Counted from the first letter of the stretch, positions 9,225 to 21,245 are shown. The stretch: 64,000 nt of DNA from an uncultured Gemmatimonadaceae bacterium (GCA_963781585.1 CAWAGQ010000008.1:369756-433755), one strand, 5' to 3'. Notes: generated by a model not told the origin, from the sequence alone. Made by a program: numbers and translations.

Positions 9225-10040
9225 GTGAACACGGATCGAGCAGGGTCCAACCGTGGCGCGCCGTCAGGTCAGCCGGAGATCCGGCGTCTCTCGCACGACA
9301 GCACCAACCGCAGAATGTTCGAGTTGGCACGTCCCTTCCTTGTCGCAGGGGCGCGGGTTCTCGACCTCGGTGCGGGTGAGGGCTACTTCTCACGGCTGGT
9401 TGGCGACCATCTCCGTCATGGCATCGGCGTGGATCCGTCGGCGGTGCTCTCGGCGTGTGACGCGGTTCCCGGGCAGTTCCGGTACGCCGACGTGGCGTGT
9501 GACGGGATCGGCGATGCCGGCGATCTGCCCTACGCCGACCAGAAGTTCGATCTGGTCTGCAGCCTGGAGGTGATCGAACATGTGGAAGATCAGTTCGCGT
9601 TCCTTCGAGAGGCGCACCGGGTGCTCAAGCCTGGCGGTATGCTGGTCGTGAGCACTCCAAACGTGCTCAACATGAATTCGCGGTGGCGGTATCTGCACTC
9701 GGGGTTCGCGCAGCTGTTCGATCCGCTTCCGCTGGACGAGCGAGACATCGTGCATACGTCCGGTCACATTCATCCGGTGTCGTACTACTATCTGGCGTAC
9801 GCGCTGCGAGCCGCCGGATTCCGTGGAGTCGGCGTGACCTACGATCACTACAAGCGATCGGCTGTTGCGCAGCTGGTGCTGCTGGCGCCGCTGATCGGGC
9901 TTGGACGCCTCGGGTTCCGGCTGCGCATGCGCCGCAAGCGTCGCCGCGAGATGGAGCAGAACCGCGACTTCGTGAAAGCCATGGATTCGTTCGCGATGCT
10001 GACGTCGCGGAGCATCATCGTTTCGGCACGTCGGGCCTGA
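9225..10040 (+). CDS. Class I SAM-dependent methyltransferase
   Basis: [48 protein letters not shown] upstream. Confidence 0.88.
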   Translation: MNTDRAGSNRGAPSGQPEIRRLSHDSTNRRMFELARPFLVAGARVLDLGAGEGYFSRLVGDHLRHGIGVDPSAVLSACDAVPGQFRYADVACDGIGDAGDLPYADQKFDLVCSLEVIEHVEDQFAFLREAHRVLKPGGMLVVSTPNVLNMNSRWRYLHSGFAQLFDPLPLDERDIVHTSGHIHPVSYYYLAYALRAAGFRGVGVTYDHYKRSAVAQLVLLAPLIGLGRLGFRLRMRRKRRREMEQNRDFVKAMDSFAMLTSRSIIVSARRA

Positions 10041-10066
10041 AAGCGCACTCGCGCGCAGATCGATTC

Positions 10067-10948
10067 ATGCCCGAGCTGCCCGACATCACCGTCTATCTGG
10101 AAGCGCTTTCGGCGCGGATTCTGGGCGCGCGGCTGAACGGGATCCGGGTGGTTCGCCCATTCGTGCTGCGATCCGTGGATCCGCCGCTCGCCCGGGTGGC
10201 AGGATGCCGCGTGGAGGGCCTGCGCCGAATCGGGAAGCGCATCGTGCTGGCGTTCGAGGGCGACATCTTTCTGGTAATCCACCTGATGATCGCGGGCCGG
10301 CTGCGCTGGCGCCCGCCGGGCAAGGCGATCCCGCCGTCTCTGGTGCTCGCCTCCTTCGATTTTCCGGACGGCACTCTGGTCCTGACGGAAGCGGGGAAGA
10401 AACGTCGTGCATCGCTGCACGTGGTGAGCGGGGAGGAATCGCTTCGCCAATTCGATCGCGGCGGCCTCGAGGTCTTCGACGCCTCAATGGCGGCGTTCGG
10501 GGCGCGCCTGCGGAGCGAGAACCACACGGTGAAGCGGTCCCTGACGGATCCGCGTCTTTTCAGCGGCATCGGGAACGCGTACTCGGATGAGATCCTGCAT
10601 CGAGCCCGCCTCTCGCCGCTCGTGCTCACGTCTCGACTCACGGATGACGAGATCGCGCGCCTGCAGGCAGCCACAAAGCAGGTACTGGAAGAGTGGACGG
10701 CACTGCTGCGTGAAGAAACAGGCGGCGGTTTTCCGGAGCAGGTGACCGCCTTTCGTGAAGGAATGGCGGTGCATGGTCGTTTCGGGAAACCGTGTCCGGT
10801 ATGCGGCGCGCCCGTGCAGCGGATTCGCTACGCCGACAATGAGACGAACTACTGCGCACGTTGCCAGACTGGCGGACGCCTCCTGGCCGACCGCGGACTT
10901 TCGCGGTTGCTGCGAGCGGACTGGCCGAGGTCGATAGACGATCTGTAG
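10067..10948 (+). CDS. Fpg/Nei-family DNA glycosylase/AP lyase
   Basis: MPELPDI start, RRIGKR, HLMIAG, H2TH motif [12 protein letters not shown], zinc finger CPVC...CARCQ. Confidence 0.93.
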   Translation: MPELPDITVYLEALSARILGARLNGIRVVRPFVLRSVDPPLARVAGCRVEGLRRIGKRIVLAFEGDIFLVIHLMIAGRLRWRPPGKAIPPSLVLASFDFPDGTLVLTEAGKKRRASLHVVSGEESLRQFDRGGLEVFDASMAAFGARLRSENHTVKRSLTDPRLFSGIGNAYSDEILHRARLSPLVLTSRLTDDEIARLQAATKQVLEEWTALLREETGGGFPEQVTAFREGMAVHGRFGKPCPVCGAPVQRIRYADNETNYCARCQTGGRLLADRGLSRLLRADWPRSIDDL

Positions 10949-10979
10949 GTGCGCCGGCGCGCTGCCGCGACCACGGCGT

Positions 10980-12665
10980 TCACTCCCTGTTCAACATCGA
11001 ATCACGTTTTGCCTTGAACTCCGTTCCGGGCTTCCACTCGGGCCAGGTGGTGCCTTGCGCGACCCGATACCCCACTTCGAACAGCAATCGCGCGTCGTCA
11101 ACCGCACCGCTCAGGTCCCAGTCCGGTTTCACCTCGTCGCCTGGCTTGTGGTAGTCGTTGGCCGTGTATTCATCGCGCTTCGTCCTGCCATAGTCGGCCG
11201 GCTTCCCGATGTAGTCGATTCCGGCGTCGGTGTAGAGCGCGGGAACACCCTGCTTCGCGAACTCGAAGTGATCCGATCGATAGAAGTAGCCCTTTTCGGG
11301 CTCGGGATCGGCAGACAGGGTGCGTTGCTGGGCCTCAGCGGCGGCGCGGAGGTCGTCGTCGAGGGAAGAGTTCCCGAGTCCGATCACCACGATGTCTGAA
11401 GTACGACCCCATTGGTTGATGCCGTCCATGTTGATGTCCGCGAGGGTGCGATTGAGCGGATAGAGTGGATGCTGTGCGTAATACTTCGAGCCCAGCAGTC
11501 CCTTTTCCTCACCGGTCACGGCGAGGAACAGAATGGAGCGTTTCGGAGCCGTGGGGAGGGCCCGGTAGGCCTTGGCGATCTGAAGCAGGGTGGCGACGCC
11601 CGACGCGTTGTCGATGGCGCCGTTGTAGATCTGATCGCCCTTGAGCGAACTGTCCCTGCCGAGATGATCCCAGTGCGCGGTGTAGATCACGTACTGGTCC
11701 TTCAGCGCCGGATCGGAGCCGTCGAGCTTCGCAATCACGTTCCTGGACTGGATCCGGCGGACCCTGTTCCGGAGATGGAAGGTCGCTGTGCCAAAGAGCG
11801 AGAGCGGAACGAAGCTCTTGTCGCGTGCGGCCAGTTTCACAGCACCGAAATCCCGACCGGCTGCGGTGAAGAGCTCCCTGGCCTTGTCGGCGGTGATCCA
11901 GGCTTCAACGAGGACGCGACTGCTGGCGCCATCGTCGACAATGTCGAAGTTCTCCCGTGACCAGCTTCCCTTGACGACCTCGTACGGATATCCGGCGGGA
12001 CCGGTCTCGTGCACGATGATGGCGGCTGCGGCACCATGGCGGCTCGCCTCCTCGTACTTGTACGTCCAGCGTCCGTAGTAGGTCATCGCCCGGCCCTTGA
12101 ACATGGTGGAGTCGAGCGACGACGAATCGTCAGGATCGGGGATGGGCGGGTCGTTGACCAGGATCACGACCGTTTTCCCCTTGACGTCCGCGTCCTTGTA
12201 GTCGTCCCACCCGTACTCGGGCGCGACGACGCCGTAACCGACGAACACGAGATCGGAGTTGACGACATCCACCTGGGGCTGGTCGCGCCGCGAGACCGCG
12301 ACGAAGTCGTCGGGAAAAGACGCGCCGACCTTATAGCCGCGGAAGTTGAACGCCACCGTCGGCGTGCCGGCAAAGCCGATCATCCCCACGTTCTGAATGA
12401 ACGTGCCGTCGGGATTCCCGGGCTGGAGGCCGAGGGCCTGGAACTGCCTGGTGAGGTAGGCAACGCTGCTGTCTTCGCCGACGGTGCCCGGGGCGCGTCC
12501 TTCGTAGCTGTCAGAGGCGAGCACCCTGATATGGCCAAGCAGACCGTTTGTGGAAATGCTGTCGAACCCGGGCTGCAAGGCGTCGCGACTCACTGCGGCT
12601 CGCTCGCATGCCGAGAGTGCACTGACCAGCACGGCGAAGGCGAAGAAGAGGGATGGAGTACGCAT
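10980..12665 (-). CDS. M28 metallopeptidase with PA domain, lipoprotein
   Basis: LSAC lipobox; [53 protein letters not shown]. Confidence 0.92.
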   Translation of the reverse strand: MRTPSLFFAFAVLVSALSACERAAVSRDALQPGFDSISTNGLLGHIRVLASDSYEGRAPGTVGEDSSVAYLTRQFQALGLQPGNPDGTFIQNVGMIGFAGTPTVAFNFRGYKVGASFPDDFVAVSRRDQPQVDVVNSDLVFVGYGVVAPEYGWDDYKDADVKGKTVVILVNDPPIPDPDDSSSLDSTMFKGRAMTYYGRWTYKYEEASRHGAAAAIIVHETGPAGYPYEVVKGSWSRENFDIVDDGASSRVLVEAWITADKARELFTAAGRDFGAVKLAARDKSFVPLSLFGTATFHLRNRVRRIQSRNVIAKLDGSDPALKDQYVIYTAHWDHLGRDSSLKGDQIYNGAIDNASGVATLLQIAKAYRALPTAPKRSILFLAVTGEEKGLLGSKYYAQHPLYPLNRTLADINMDGINQWGRTSDIVVIGLGNSSLDDDLRAAAEAQQRTLSADPEPEKGYFYRSDHFEFAKQGVPALYTDAGIDYIGKPADYGRTKRDEYTANDYHKPGDEVKPDWDLSGAVDDARLLFEVGYRVAQGTTWPEWKPGTEFKAKRDSMLNRE

Positions 12666-12927
12666 GGCTGACATCTGGAACGGGAGGGGTGATGGGTTCA
12701 GGTGGCCCGGGAATCGCACGGCGCATTGTCCCCGGGCCAGCGGGGATGGCGCGAGGACGCAGGTGCACCATGACGCGCTGCGCCGGATTGGCCACTCGAC
12801 GCGTACCCATACTGGTATTGCAATTCCGGCGCGGAGACAACCCGGAGCGGTCTCCAGCAGGCCGCAGCGGCTACATTTCGAGCGGCCGCGGGTTTCCGAT
12901 ACGCCACCATGAGCGGGACAATCACCC

Positions 12928-13392
12928 ATGTACCTTGTCGTCCTCGGGCTGCATAACCTGATGCGCTGGGTGGTGATCATTACCGGCGGCTGGGCGGTGG
13001 CGCTCGCCTGGCGAGGATGGCTGCGGCGCTCGATGTGGTCCGCCAGGGAATCGCGAGCAGCACGGGTGTTCGTGAGTGCGCTGGATCTGCAGCTGCTCCT
13101 GGGGCTGCTCCTGTACGCGGTGCTGAGTCCGTTGACGCGGCGCGGCTTCGCCGATATGGGCGCGGCGATGCGAGACCCCTCTGTTCGGTACTTCCTGGCG
13201 GAGCACGTCGCCATCATGCTGCTTGCCATCATCGTGGCCCACATGGGCGTGGCGAGAGTGAAGCGGGCCGAGGGTGACGCCGCGAAGTTCCAGACGGCGG
13301 CCATCTGGCTCGGCATCGCGCTCGCCGCGATCGTGGGGTTCGTGCCCTGGGCTCGGCCACTCTTGCCGAGCTTCGGAGGGGTTCCGGGGTAG
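12928..13392 (+). CDS. Small 4-TM membrane protein with His residues (cytochrome b-like hypothetical)
   Basis: HNLMRW...[11 protein letters not shown]...RYFLAEH..IM...AH..; hydrophobic segments. Confidence 0.65.
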   Translation: MYLVVLGLHNLMRWVVIITGGWAVALAWRGWLRRSMWSARESRAARVFVSALDLQLLLGLLLYAVLSPLTRRGFADMGAAMRDPSVRYFLAEHVAIMLLAIIVAHMGVARVKRAEGDAAKFQTAAIWLGIALAAIVGFVPWARPLLPSFGGVPG

Positions 13393-13467
13393 CCGAGGTG
13401 CACCGGGCCCGGCCCGGGGGAAAGGACGTCCGACAGCAGGCCGGCCAGGGTGGGGTATCTTACGGAC

Positions 13468-14967
13468 ATGCGAGGATTGTTCGTGGTGGGCCGGCTTTTT
13501 CCGTTCGTGATCTCGTTTCTGCGAGACCGACGCCGGTGGCTCATTGCGGGGAGCCCGATGGCTCGACCGGCGGCGTTTCACGAAGCACGCGCGGAGCGCC
13601 TGGTTGCTACGATCGCCGAGCTTGGACCTTCGTTCGTGAAGCTCGCGCAGGTCTTTTCCGCCCGTGCGGACCTGATCCCCGAACCCTACGTCAGTGTGCT
13701 CTCGTCGCTGACGGATCAGGTGCCACCGGTCCCCACTCCACTCATCCGGCACGAGGTGGAACGCGCCTACGGCCGCCCGATCGAGGAGGTGTTCGAGCGC
13801 TTCGACAACGAACCGCTCGCGGCGGCGTCACTGGGTCAGGTCCATCGCGCGCGCTATCGCGGCGAGGAAGTGGTGGTCAAGGTGTTGCGCCCCGGTGTGG
13901 AGGCGCTGGTCAGGAAGGATCTCGCAGCGGCGCGGCCGCTCATGCGGTGGCTCGAGCGCTGGTTCCCGAACGCGCACGTGCGAAACGCGCGGGCGGTGAT
14001 CGAAGAATTCGCGGTTCGAATCTGGGAGGAGATGGACTTCGTGCACGAGGCCGCCAATGCCGAAGAGATCCGGCAGAATTTTCGAGGGAATCGGCGGGTG
14101 CTTGTGCCTCGGGTGGTGCACGAACTCGTGCGTCCGCGTGTGCTCGTGCTCGAGTATCTGGAGGGCACGCGTGTGGACCGTCTGACGCCACCTCCTGGGA
14201 ATGGGGCGCATGATCCGTACGGTGTGGTAAGCGGGGTGATGGAGCTGTACCTCGAGATGATGCTGGTGCACGGCTTTTTTCACGCGGATCCGCACCCGGG
14301 GAATCTGCAGGTGTCGGCGGACGGAAGGCGGGTGGTCCTGCTCGATTTCGGCATGGTGGTGCGCGTGCCCCGGGAGATGCGCTGGCATCTGGTAGCAACG
14401 GTCTTCGCGGCCATACGACGAGATGTCGACGGAGTCGTGGCCGGATTCAGGGCGCTAGGCGTAATCGAGCCCGGAGCGGATCCGGAGCAGATTCGCGAGC
14501 TGGCCGTGCGACTCATGGCCATCGCCTACGATCCGTCGTCGATGCAGGAACGGATTCAACTGCTGGCGGATGAGGTGATGGCAACTCTCTACGACTGGCC
14601 GGTGCGGCTGCCGAGCGAACTGGTATACTTTGCCCGAACCACGACGCTGATCGAAGGGCTTGGGGTGCGCTACGATACCCATTTCAACCCGATCACCTTC
14701 GCCGGGCCGATCGCGCTCCGGCTCCGTGGTCGGATCCTCCACTCGTTGGGCCAGGGCGACCCGCCACCGATCGACATGGCAACGGTGGTAGGTGAAGTCC
14801 TGGGCCGAGTGGCCGGGTATATGGTGCGCGCCGGAAGGGACCTGGCTTCGCGGCTATCACGGGAAATCCGTTCAGTGGGAGAGCAGGCCCTTGCTGGATC
14901 GCCGCCAGGTCAAAACGGCGACGGCCGCGGCGCGGACGACATGCCCAAGCTGTTAGCCGGCGACTAG
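13468..14967 (+). CDS. ABC1/AarF/UbiB-family atypical kinase
   Basis: [48 protein letters not shown]. Confidence 0.93.
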   Translation: MRGLFVVGRLFPFVISFLRDRRRWLIAGSPMARPAAFHEARAERLVATIAELGPSFVKLAQVFSARADLIPEPYVSVLSSLTDQVPPVPTPLIRHEVERAYGRPIEEVFERFDNEPLAAASLGQVHRARYRGEEVVVKVLRPGVEALVRKDLAAARPLMRWLERWFPNAHVRNARAVIEEFAVRIWEEMDFVHEAANAEEIRQNFRGNRRVLVPRVVHELVRPRVLVLEYLEGTRVDRLTPPPGNGAHDPYGVVSGVMELYLEMMLVHGFFHADPHPGNLQVSADGRRVVLLDFGMVVRVPREMRWHLVATVFAAIRRDVDGVVAGFRALGVIEPGADPEQIRELAVRLMAIAYDPSSMQERIQLLADEVMATLYDWPVRLPSELVYFARTTTLIEGLGVRYDTHFNPITFAGPIALRLRGRILHSLGQGDPPPIDMATVVGEVLGRVAGYMVRAGRDLASRLSREIRSVGEQALAGSPPGQNGDGRGADDMPKLLAGD

Positions 14968-14970
14968 TGG

Positions 14971-16272
14971 ATGCAGCAGCCCCCGTCGACACCCTCCATG
15001 ACCAGCCTGGCGGCTCCGCGAACACTCTGGCGACGTGCATCGCGACCACTTCTCGCGGCCGCGATCTGTGTCCTGACGGCCGCGCTCCGCGACGCGCCAG
15101 TCGGCCCCACGCCGAGGGAGGGAGCGACGCACGCGCGGGTTCGACTCGGGATCGAGGTGCTGCTGACGGACTCGCTGGATCTGGTGCGGGGGAAACGGGT
15201 AGGCCTCATCACGAATCAGACCAGCGTCACGCCCGATGGCCGGAGTACGATCGACCTGCTGTTTCATGCACCGGGTGTGCGCCTGACCGCGCTGTTCGCC
15301 CCGGAGCATGGCCTGCGTGGCCAGGGGGCCGCGGGCGAGCGAATCGAATCGGGTACGGATTCAGCTACCGGCGTGCCGGTGTATTCGTTGTACGGCGAGA
15401 CTCGCGTTCCCACGCCGGAGATGCTCCGGAACGTGGATGTCCTGGTCTACGACATCCAGGATGTGGGCGCGCGCGTGTACACGTTCGAGTGGACGATGGC
15501 GCTCGCGGCCCAGGCCGGAAAGCGGAAGTTCATCGTACTCGACCGTCCGAATCCGATACGTGGCGATCGAGTGGAAGGCGGCGTGCTGGATACCGCGTTT
15601 CGCTCGTTCGTGGGCCAGTATCCAGTGGCGATGCGTTACGGTCTGACGCCGGGGGAGTTGCTTCGGTATCTGGTCGGTACCGGGCAGGTGGACGCCGATG
15701 TCACAGTCGTGCCGATGCAGGGATGGCATCGCGCGATGTGGTGGGAGGAGACGGGCCTTCCCTGGCACAACCCCTCTCCCAATATCCGTTCGGTGGATGC
15801 AGCCCTGGTGTACAGCGGCACGGTCTTCTTCGAAGGCACCAACCTGAGCGAGGGTCGCGGAACGGCGTTTCCGTTCCAACTCGTCGGAGCCGGGTGGCTT
15901 GGCGATGCCGGCGCGATTGCCCGTGAACTGAACGGCAAGCGCATTCCGGGCGTGGTGTTCGACTCGAGCGTGGTCACGGTTGAGGAAGGGCAGAAGTGGG
16001 GTGGACAGCGGATTCCCATGCTTGTCGTATCGGTGGCAGACCGCACGGCCCTCAGGCCGCATCAAGTCGGCTTGGAAATGCTTCGCGCGATCTATCGGCG
16101 GCACCCCCGGGAATTTCAATGGAATCGAGCGGCGATCGACCGGCTCGCGGGCTCCGATCGAGTGAGGAAGGCTGTCGAGACGGATGGCGGGATCGAGGCG
16201 TTGATACCGCTGCTCGATGCCGAGTCTCGTGAATTTGCGGACAGCGTGCGGCCCTATCTGCTGTACCCGTAG
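14971..16272 (+). CDS. DUF1343 / NamZ-family exo-beta-N-acetylmuramidase
   Basis: GLITNQT, LFAPEHG, VYSLYG, DIQDVGARVYT, VLDRPNP, PSPNI, EGTNLSEGRGT. Confidence 0.92.
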   Translation: MQQPPSTPSMTSLAAPRTLWRRASRPLLAAAICVLTAALRDAPVGPTPREGATHARVRLGIEVLLTDSLDLVRGKRVGLITNQTSVTPDGRSTIDLLFHAPGVRLTALFAPEHGLRGQGAAGERIESGTDSATGVPVYSLYGETRVPTPEMLRNVDVLVYDIQDVGARVYTFEWTMALAAQAGKRKFIVLDRPNPIRGDRVEGGVLDTAFRSFVGQYPVAMRYGLTPGELLRYLVGTGQVDADVTVVPMQGWHRAMWWEETGLPWHNPSPNIRSVDAALVYSGTVFFEGTNLSEGRGTAFPFQLVGAGWLGDAGAIARELNGKRIPGVVFDSSVVTVEEGQKWGGQRIPMLVVSVADRTALRPHQVGLEMLRAIYRRHPREFQWNRAAIDRLAGSDRVRKAVETDGGIEALIPLLDAESREFADSVRPYLLYP

Positions 16273-16614
16273 CAACCCTCGTCCGGCCTGGCGTTGTGCT
16301 GGCCGCACGGGGAGGTGTCGCGTCAGCTCGCCCGGGGCAGTTCCCGCGCCCTCGCATACGGCATGGCGTTGCGATCGACGACGGGCGGTCGGACGAAGTT
16401 GACGTCTGACATGGGTCGAGGGTGAGCAGCGTTTCGGTCCTTGGTATCGGCTCGTCGTTTTGATGACTGGACTTCCGCGGACCGGACACCGAAGATGGGG
16501 TGCTTGGGGTTGGCGTTACGCCGTGGTCCGTGTTAGCAGCCGCCAATATTGCCGGGCCAACGCGCTTGGAGGCCCGGTGTTCTCATTTCCCAGCGTGCGA
16601 CCCGGTCGCCATTC

Positions 16615-17496
16615 GTGAAACTGAGCTTCGTGAGCTTGGCCCCGTGGATCGCGCTGGTGGTCGTCCTCGGCATCACGGGGATGCTGGCGATCGTGCGGCG
16701 CCCGAAGCGCGGGTCGGCTCAGCGCCCCTCGGAGCCGACTGTTGCGGCGACCGAGACAGACGACCGCATGGTCCAGCGTTCATATGCACTGGATGCATTG
16801 GGAGAGGGTGTCCTGATCCTGGATCGTGATGGGCGGGTGAAAGACTGCAACAGCTCGGCGTTGACGCTGTTCGACAGGCATCGGGCGGGCATGGAGGGGC
16901 AGTTCGCGGTCACGCTGCGCCGCTTCGAGGGTCTGGACCAGAGTGATCCGCACCGGGTGGCGTCGGAGCATGCAGTGTGGGCGGGAGAGGCGTGGGCGCG
17001 CCAGCCCGATGGAGGTGTGAAGCTCTGTCTGTCCCGTGTGATCGCGGTGCGCGATGGCCGGGCCCGGGTGACCGGGTACGTTGAGTCATTTCGCGATGTG
17101 ACGGCGGAGCGCGCAGTGAGCGAGGAGTTCCGGGATCTGTTGTATGGGGTACGGGCTTTCGATTCCATTTCGTCAACGCCGCAGGAGTCGGTACGGGCAG
17201 TTCAGGATGAGCTTCGGGTGCTGAGCGAGGCATTTCGCGATCTCGACCTCGTCGTCCGGCAGTATGAGCGGTTGCTGCCGGCCCTGCGCGCCGATGATCC
17301 GCTCACCGAGTCGATCGCGGGGCTGGCTCATGAGGCCCGTGCGGTAGTTGCATCGGTGGGGGTTCCGGCGCTGCTCGAGGAAATCCCTCGCGCGCTCGCC
17401 CGCCTGCGCAGCCACATGCAGCGGGTGGCGCTGGACGCCACGACGCCTGATGCGGAGCCGACCCAGCTGGATGGAGGGGTTCGGGAAGAAGACTGA
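16615..17496 (+). CDS. Membrane-anchored PAS protein with helical C-terminus and no catalytic output
   Basis: N-terminal TM; PAS (ALDALGEGVLILDRDGRVKDCN...GYVESFRDVT); no HATPase, GGDEF or REC domain seen. Confidence 0.72.
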   Translation: MKLSFVSLAPWIALVVVLGITGMLAIVRRPKRGSAQRPSEPTVAATETDDRMVQRSYALDALGEGVLILDRDGRVKDCNSSALTLFDRHRAGMEGQFAVTLRRFEGLDQSDPHRVASEHAVWAGEAWARQPDGGVKLCLSRVIAVRDGRARVTGYVESFRDVTAERAVSEEFRDLLYGVRAFDSISSTPQESVRAVQDELRVLSEAFRDLDLVVRQYERLLPALRADDPLTESIAGLAHEARAVVASVGVPALLEEIPRALARLRSHMQRVALDATTPDAEPTQLDGGVREED

Positions 17497-17573
17497 CCGG
17501 GAGGTGGCTGCCGATTCACCGGAACGGCGCCTAGGTTCCCGGTCTTGCCGCGTCGGCACCTACTTTCCGGCCC

Positions 17574-19274
17574 GTGCTCGCGTCCCTTCCCGAATCTCCG
17601 CAAGCGATTGCCGCGGCCTCCTGGCCCGACCTGGCGCCCTACTACGACGGGCTCGCCACCGTTGGTCTGGGGCCTAACGATGCCGAGTCGTGGCTCCGGA
17701 GCTGGTCGTGCCTGGAGGAGGTGATCGACGAGGCCGGTACGTTGGCGATGATCGCGTACACGTGTGACACGACCGACCTGGAGAAGGAGGCTGCGAATCT
17801 CCGCTGGTCCGCCGAGATCTTTCCCAAGGTCGGAGAGCAGCAGGTACGGCTGGCGAAGCGGCTGATCGCGCTCGGCTACACGCGGCCGGATCTGGAGACC
17901 GTGATCCGCGGTTTTCGCACGGACATCGAGATCTTCCGCGAGGAGAACGTGCCGCTGTTCTCGCAGATCGAGGAATTGGTGGCCGCGTACCAGAAGATCA
18001 CCGGAGGGCTGGAGGTGGAGTGGGACGGCCAGAAGAAGACCGTTCCGCAGCTGCAGCCGTATCTCAAGGAGCGAGATCGCGGGATCCGGGAGCGGGCGTT
18101 TCGGGTGGGGACGGAGGCCTACGCAAGCCGGCGGCAGGAGATGGCCTCGTTGTTCGACCGGATGTACGAGCTGCGGCAGCAGGTTGCGCGCAACGCGGGG
18201 TTCCCGGACTACCAGGCGTATGTGTTCAGGGCCAAGCACCGGTTCGACTATTCGCCCGCGGATTGTGCGACGTTTCACCAGGCGGTCGAGGAGACGGTCG
18301 TCCCTGCAGTGGAGCGGCTGATGGACTACCGTCGGCAGCGACTCGGAGTGGACGCGTTGCGGCCATGGGATACGCAGGTTGAACTGGAGTCGTCACGGCC
18401 GGTGAAGCCTTTCGACTCGATCGGGGGATTCATCGGACCGGCGATCCGGATGTTCCGTGCGCTCGACGGTGAGCTCGGGGCGGCGTTCCAACGCATGGCC
18501 GACGAGGGTCTGCTCGACCTCGAGAGTCGGTCAGGCAAGGCACCTGGCGGATACTGCACAAAACTCGCCTGGCGCGGCGTGCCGTTCATCTTCATGAACG
18601 CGGTGGGGGTTCCGGATGATGTGAACACCCTGGTGCACGAGGCGGGTCATTGCTTCCACGACTTTGCCGCCCACGGCCAACCGTTCATCTGGCAGCGCAG
18701 TGTGGGACATGAAGCCGCCGAGCTGGCCTCGATGAGCATGGAGCTGCTGGCGGCCGCCCATCTGGCAGAGCCAACGGGATATTACACGTCGGATGAGGCG
18801 CGGTCGGTTCAGATCGAGCATCTCGAGGACGTGCTGGTGAGCCTGGCCCACATCGCGAGCGTGGATGCCTACCAGCGGTGGATCTACACCAGCGGACAGG
18901 GAGGCGATGCTGCGGCACGTGACGCGGCATGGCTGGCGATCCGGGCCCGCTTCGAACACGGCGTGGACTGGCGTGGCCTGGAGCGTGAGCGCGTGGCACG
19001 GTGGTATCGGCAGCTGCACATCTTCGAGTATCCGTTCTACTACATCGAGTACGGGATCGCCCAGCTGGGCGCGTTGCAGCTGTGGCGCGCGAGCCTCGGC
19101 GACCCCGGGGGGGTGGTGGAGCGGTACAAGCAGGCACTCGCGTTAGGCGGTACCCGCTCCCTGCCGGAGATCTACCGGACCGCGGGGGCGCGGCTCATTT
19201 TTGACGCCGCCGGCATGGGGGAGCTGGTGGCGCTGGTGGAGCGGCGGATCGCAGAGCTTCGGGCCGCCGGGTAG
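17574..19274 (+). CDS. pepF: M3B oligoendopeptidase F
   Basis: GKAPGGYC, FIFMNAVG, TLVHEAGH (HExxH), AELASMSME, HIFEYPFYYIEYGIA. Confidence 0.92.
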   Translation: MLASLPESPQAIAAASWPDLAPYYDGLATVGLGPNDAESWLRSWSCLEEVIDEAGTLAMIAYTCDTTDLEKEAANLRWSAEIFPKVGEQQVRLAKRLIALGYTRPDLETVIRGFRTDIEIFREENVPLFSQIEELVAAYQKITGGLEVEWDGQKKTVPQLQPYLKERDRGIRERAFRVGTEAYASRRQEMASLFDRMYELRQQVARNAGFPDYQAYVFRAKHRFDYSPADCATFHQAVEETVVPAVERLMDYRRQRLGVDALRPWDTQVELESSRPVKPFDSIGGFIGPAIRMFRALDGELGAAFQRMADEGLLDLESRSGKAPGGYCTKLAWRGVPFIFMNAVGVPDDVNTLVHEAGHCFHDFAAHGQPFIWQRSVGHEAAELASMSMELLAAAHLAEPTGYYTSDEARSVQIEHLEDVLVSLAHIASVDAYQRWIYTSGQGGDAAARDAAWLAIRARFEHGVDWRGLERERVARWYRQLHIFEYPFYYIEYGIAQLGALQLWRASLGDPGGVVERYKQALALGGTRSLPEIYRTAGARLIFDAAGMGELVALVERRIAELRAAG

Positions 19275-19462
19275 GCACGCGATGGTCGTGCCCGAGCGCA
19301 CGGCGATGGTCCTGTGGCTGGAAGAGATGCTTGCCGCAACCGCGGCCGCGTGACAGGCTATCGTGGTGATTGTTCGCTGTGCCGGCCGGTGACGGACCGA
19401 CACAGCACGTTGCCGGCGGACCCGACCCGTCGCCGGAGTCTCAACCTGAGCGCGCATCGTCC

Positions 19463-19972
19463 ATGCTCACCACCACAGTCGCCGGAATGCTGACCCGCGA
19501 GCTCCGCACGTTTCAGCGTGAGTTGGAGGCATACCCGGACGAAGCCCAGATCTGGCAGATGCACCCGGCACTTCCCAATACCACGGGGACACTCGCGCTG
19601 CATGCGGCCGGGAACCTGCTCCACTTTGTCGGAGCGGTGCTGGGGAACACCGGGTACGTCCGGAACCGCGATGGCGAATTTCATCGCCGCGACGTGGCTC
19701 GTGCGGAACTGATCCGCGAACTGGAGCGGGCGGTCGAGGTGGTGCAGCAGTCGCTCGCGTCGGTGACCGATGCAAAGCTCGAGGACTGGTATCCACTTCC
19801 CGTGGCAGGATGCCGGGTACGGACCGGTGAGTTCCTGGTGCATCTGGCGGTGCATCTCGGATATCACCTTGGCCAGGCCGATTTTCATCGCCGCATCATT
19901 ACGGGCGAAGCTCGAGGAACCGGCGCTGTCTCCCCGACTGAGCTTCCGGGCGCGGTTCCGGTTGATGCATGA
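19463..19972 (+). CDS. DinB-superfamily protein
   Basis: NTTGTLALHAAGNLLHFVG...YVRNRDGEF...HLAVHLGYHLGQ. Confidence 0.85.
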   Translation: MLTTTVAGMLTRELRTFQRELEAYPDEAQIWQMHPALPNTTGTLALHAAGNLLHFVGAVLGNTGYVRNRDGEFHRRDVARAELIRELERAVEVVQQSLASVTDAKLEDWYPLPVAGCRVRTGEFLVHLAVHLGYHLGQADFHRRIITGEARGTGAVSPTELPGAVPVDA

Positions 19973-20060
19973 CCATGCCACATGCCACCCCAACATCGCT
20001 CCGGGGTATGTGGCGGGCTCAGGTTGCACGCGTTTTCTCACCACGACAGGATTGGCGGTC

Positions 20061-20516
20061 ATGCGCATGCTGCGGAAAGTCCTGATGCCGGCGCTGGTGC
20101 TGGCCGGCACATCGTGCCTCAACCTCGACAGCCCGCCGGAAGACAACGTCGTGCTGAGTATCGGCGTCTCCAATCAGACGCCTCAGGTGGGAGAGCAGAT
20201 CGACATCACCATCACCGCCACCAACGATGCGAAAGAGGGGGTGACGTTGCAGGGGGCGAGCGACTGCCTTCTGTTCTTCCAGGTACGTGACTCCCGGAAC
20301 GGAGTGCTGATGTACGCGTCGACCGACGGGTGCACGGGCGCCACGACCTCGGAGGCCCTTCCTGCCGGCGGCCACCGATCGGGGACATTGCAATGGGATG
20401 GGCGGACGGGTGCTGGCTCGTTCGTTCCTCCCGGATCGTATATCATCGTTCCCGGCGCCTCGCTCTCGACTGGCGCGATTCTCGGTCTGCCGATCACGGT
20501 GCAGCTGGTGGACTAG
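20061..20516 (+). CDS. Lipoprotein with BsuPI/FlgD-Ig-like domain
   Basis: Lipobox GTSC; ITITATN...C...C...WDGRTGAGSFVPPGSY. Confidence 0.62.
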   Translation: MRMLRKVLMPALVLAGTSCLNLDSPPEDNVVLSIGVSNQTPQVGEQIDITITATNDAKEGVTLQGASDCLLFFQVRDSRNGVLMYASTDGCTGATTSEALPAGGHRSGTLQWDGRTGAGSFVPPGSYIIVPGASLSTGAILGLPITVQLVD

Positions 20517-20677
20517 CGCCCTGTCGGCGGCGTGCAGCTGTCGGGGTGAGGAGGAAGCACGGTTCCGTGCCGGTGGGCCCGCGGCGCGGTGGATGGGGCC
20601 GGCGTCGCCGGCGACGGGCGGATTGCAGCCGGGCTGCGCCCATTTCGGGTCGGCATACCTAACGAGGACAGGAGACG

Positions 20678-21016
20678 ATGCGAGCATCCATGGTGACAAT
20701 GTCGATGTCGCTGGACGGGTACGTGGTGGAGGAGACGCTTGGCGTGGTGCGCGGCATCGTGGTGCGTTCCCGCTCGGTGTTCGGGACGGTGGGGGCGAAG
20801 CTCCAGACGTTGCTGGGCGGGAACATCACGCTGCTGACCGAGCTCTGCGAGCGAACGCGCGCCGACGCCTTCGCCCAGATGATCAGCCACGCCGAGTTGT
20901 TAGGCGCGAACGCGGTGCTCTGTGTGCGGTACGACGCCACGGAGATCATGCAGGGCGTGACCGAGGTGCTGTGCTACGGCACGGCCGTTCGGGCGGCCCC
21001 GGCCCCGGTGCGGTAG
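20678..21016 (+). CDS. YbjQ/UPF0145-family protein
   Basis: LGVVRGIVVRSR...LLGG.IT...A..LGANAV..VRYD...EVLCYGTAV; AGGAG RBS. Confidence 0.92.
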   Translation: MRASMVTMSMSLDGYVVEETLGVVRGIVVRSRSVFGTVGAKLQTLLGGNITLLTELCERTRADAFAQMISHAELLGANAVLCVRYDATEIMQGVTEVLCYGTAVRAAPAPVR

Positions 21017-21245
21017 CGGGGACGGCGGGGGGCGGGGCGGTTCGGGAGCGGCGGTTCCCCGGGCCGGGGGACCTAACGGTGGCGTGCCTCACGAGAGGCG
21101 GCGGCCGGGTTCGCGCGCCAGCCGGGGATGGTGTATACTTGTGCCACACGGATCGGGTCCCGGAGTTGCGGGCCGACAGGCGGTACTCACCTTCACTCGC
21201 CGCTCTGCCGTCGTAAGGCGGAAGCGGCACTTCCGGAGCACTGTC

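Noticed and set aside
12675..13544. N-terminal extension of the 854-aa M28 ORF (likewise extensions of 53329..55212, 53818..55581, 3700..5700 and 934..1509)
   Set aside because: Stop-poor frames overlapping better-supported genes in high-GC DNA; signals and motifs begin downstream.
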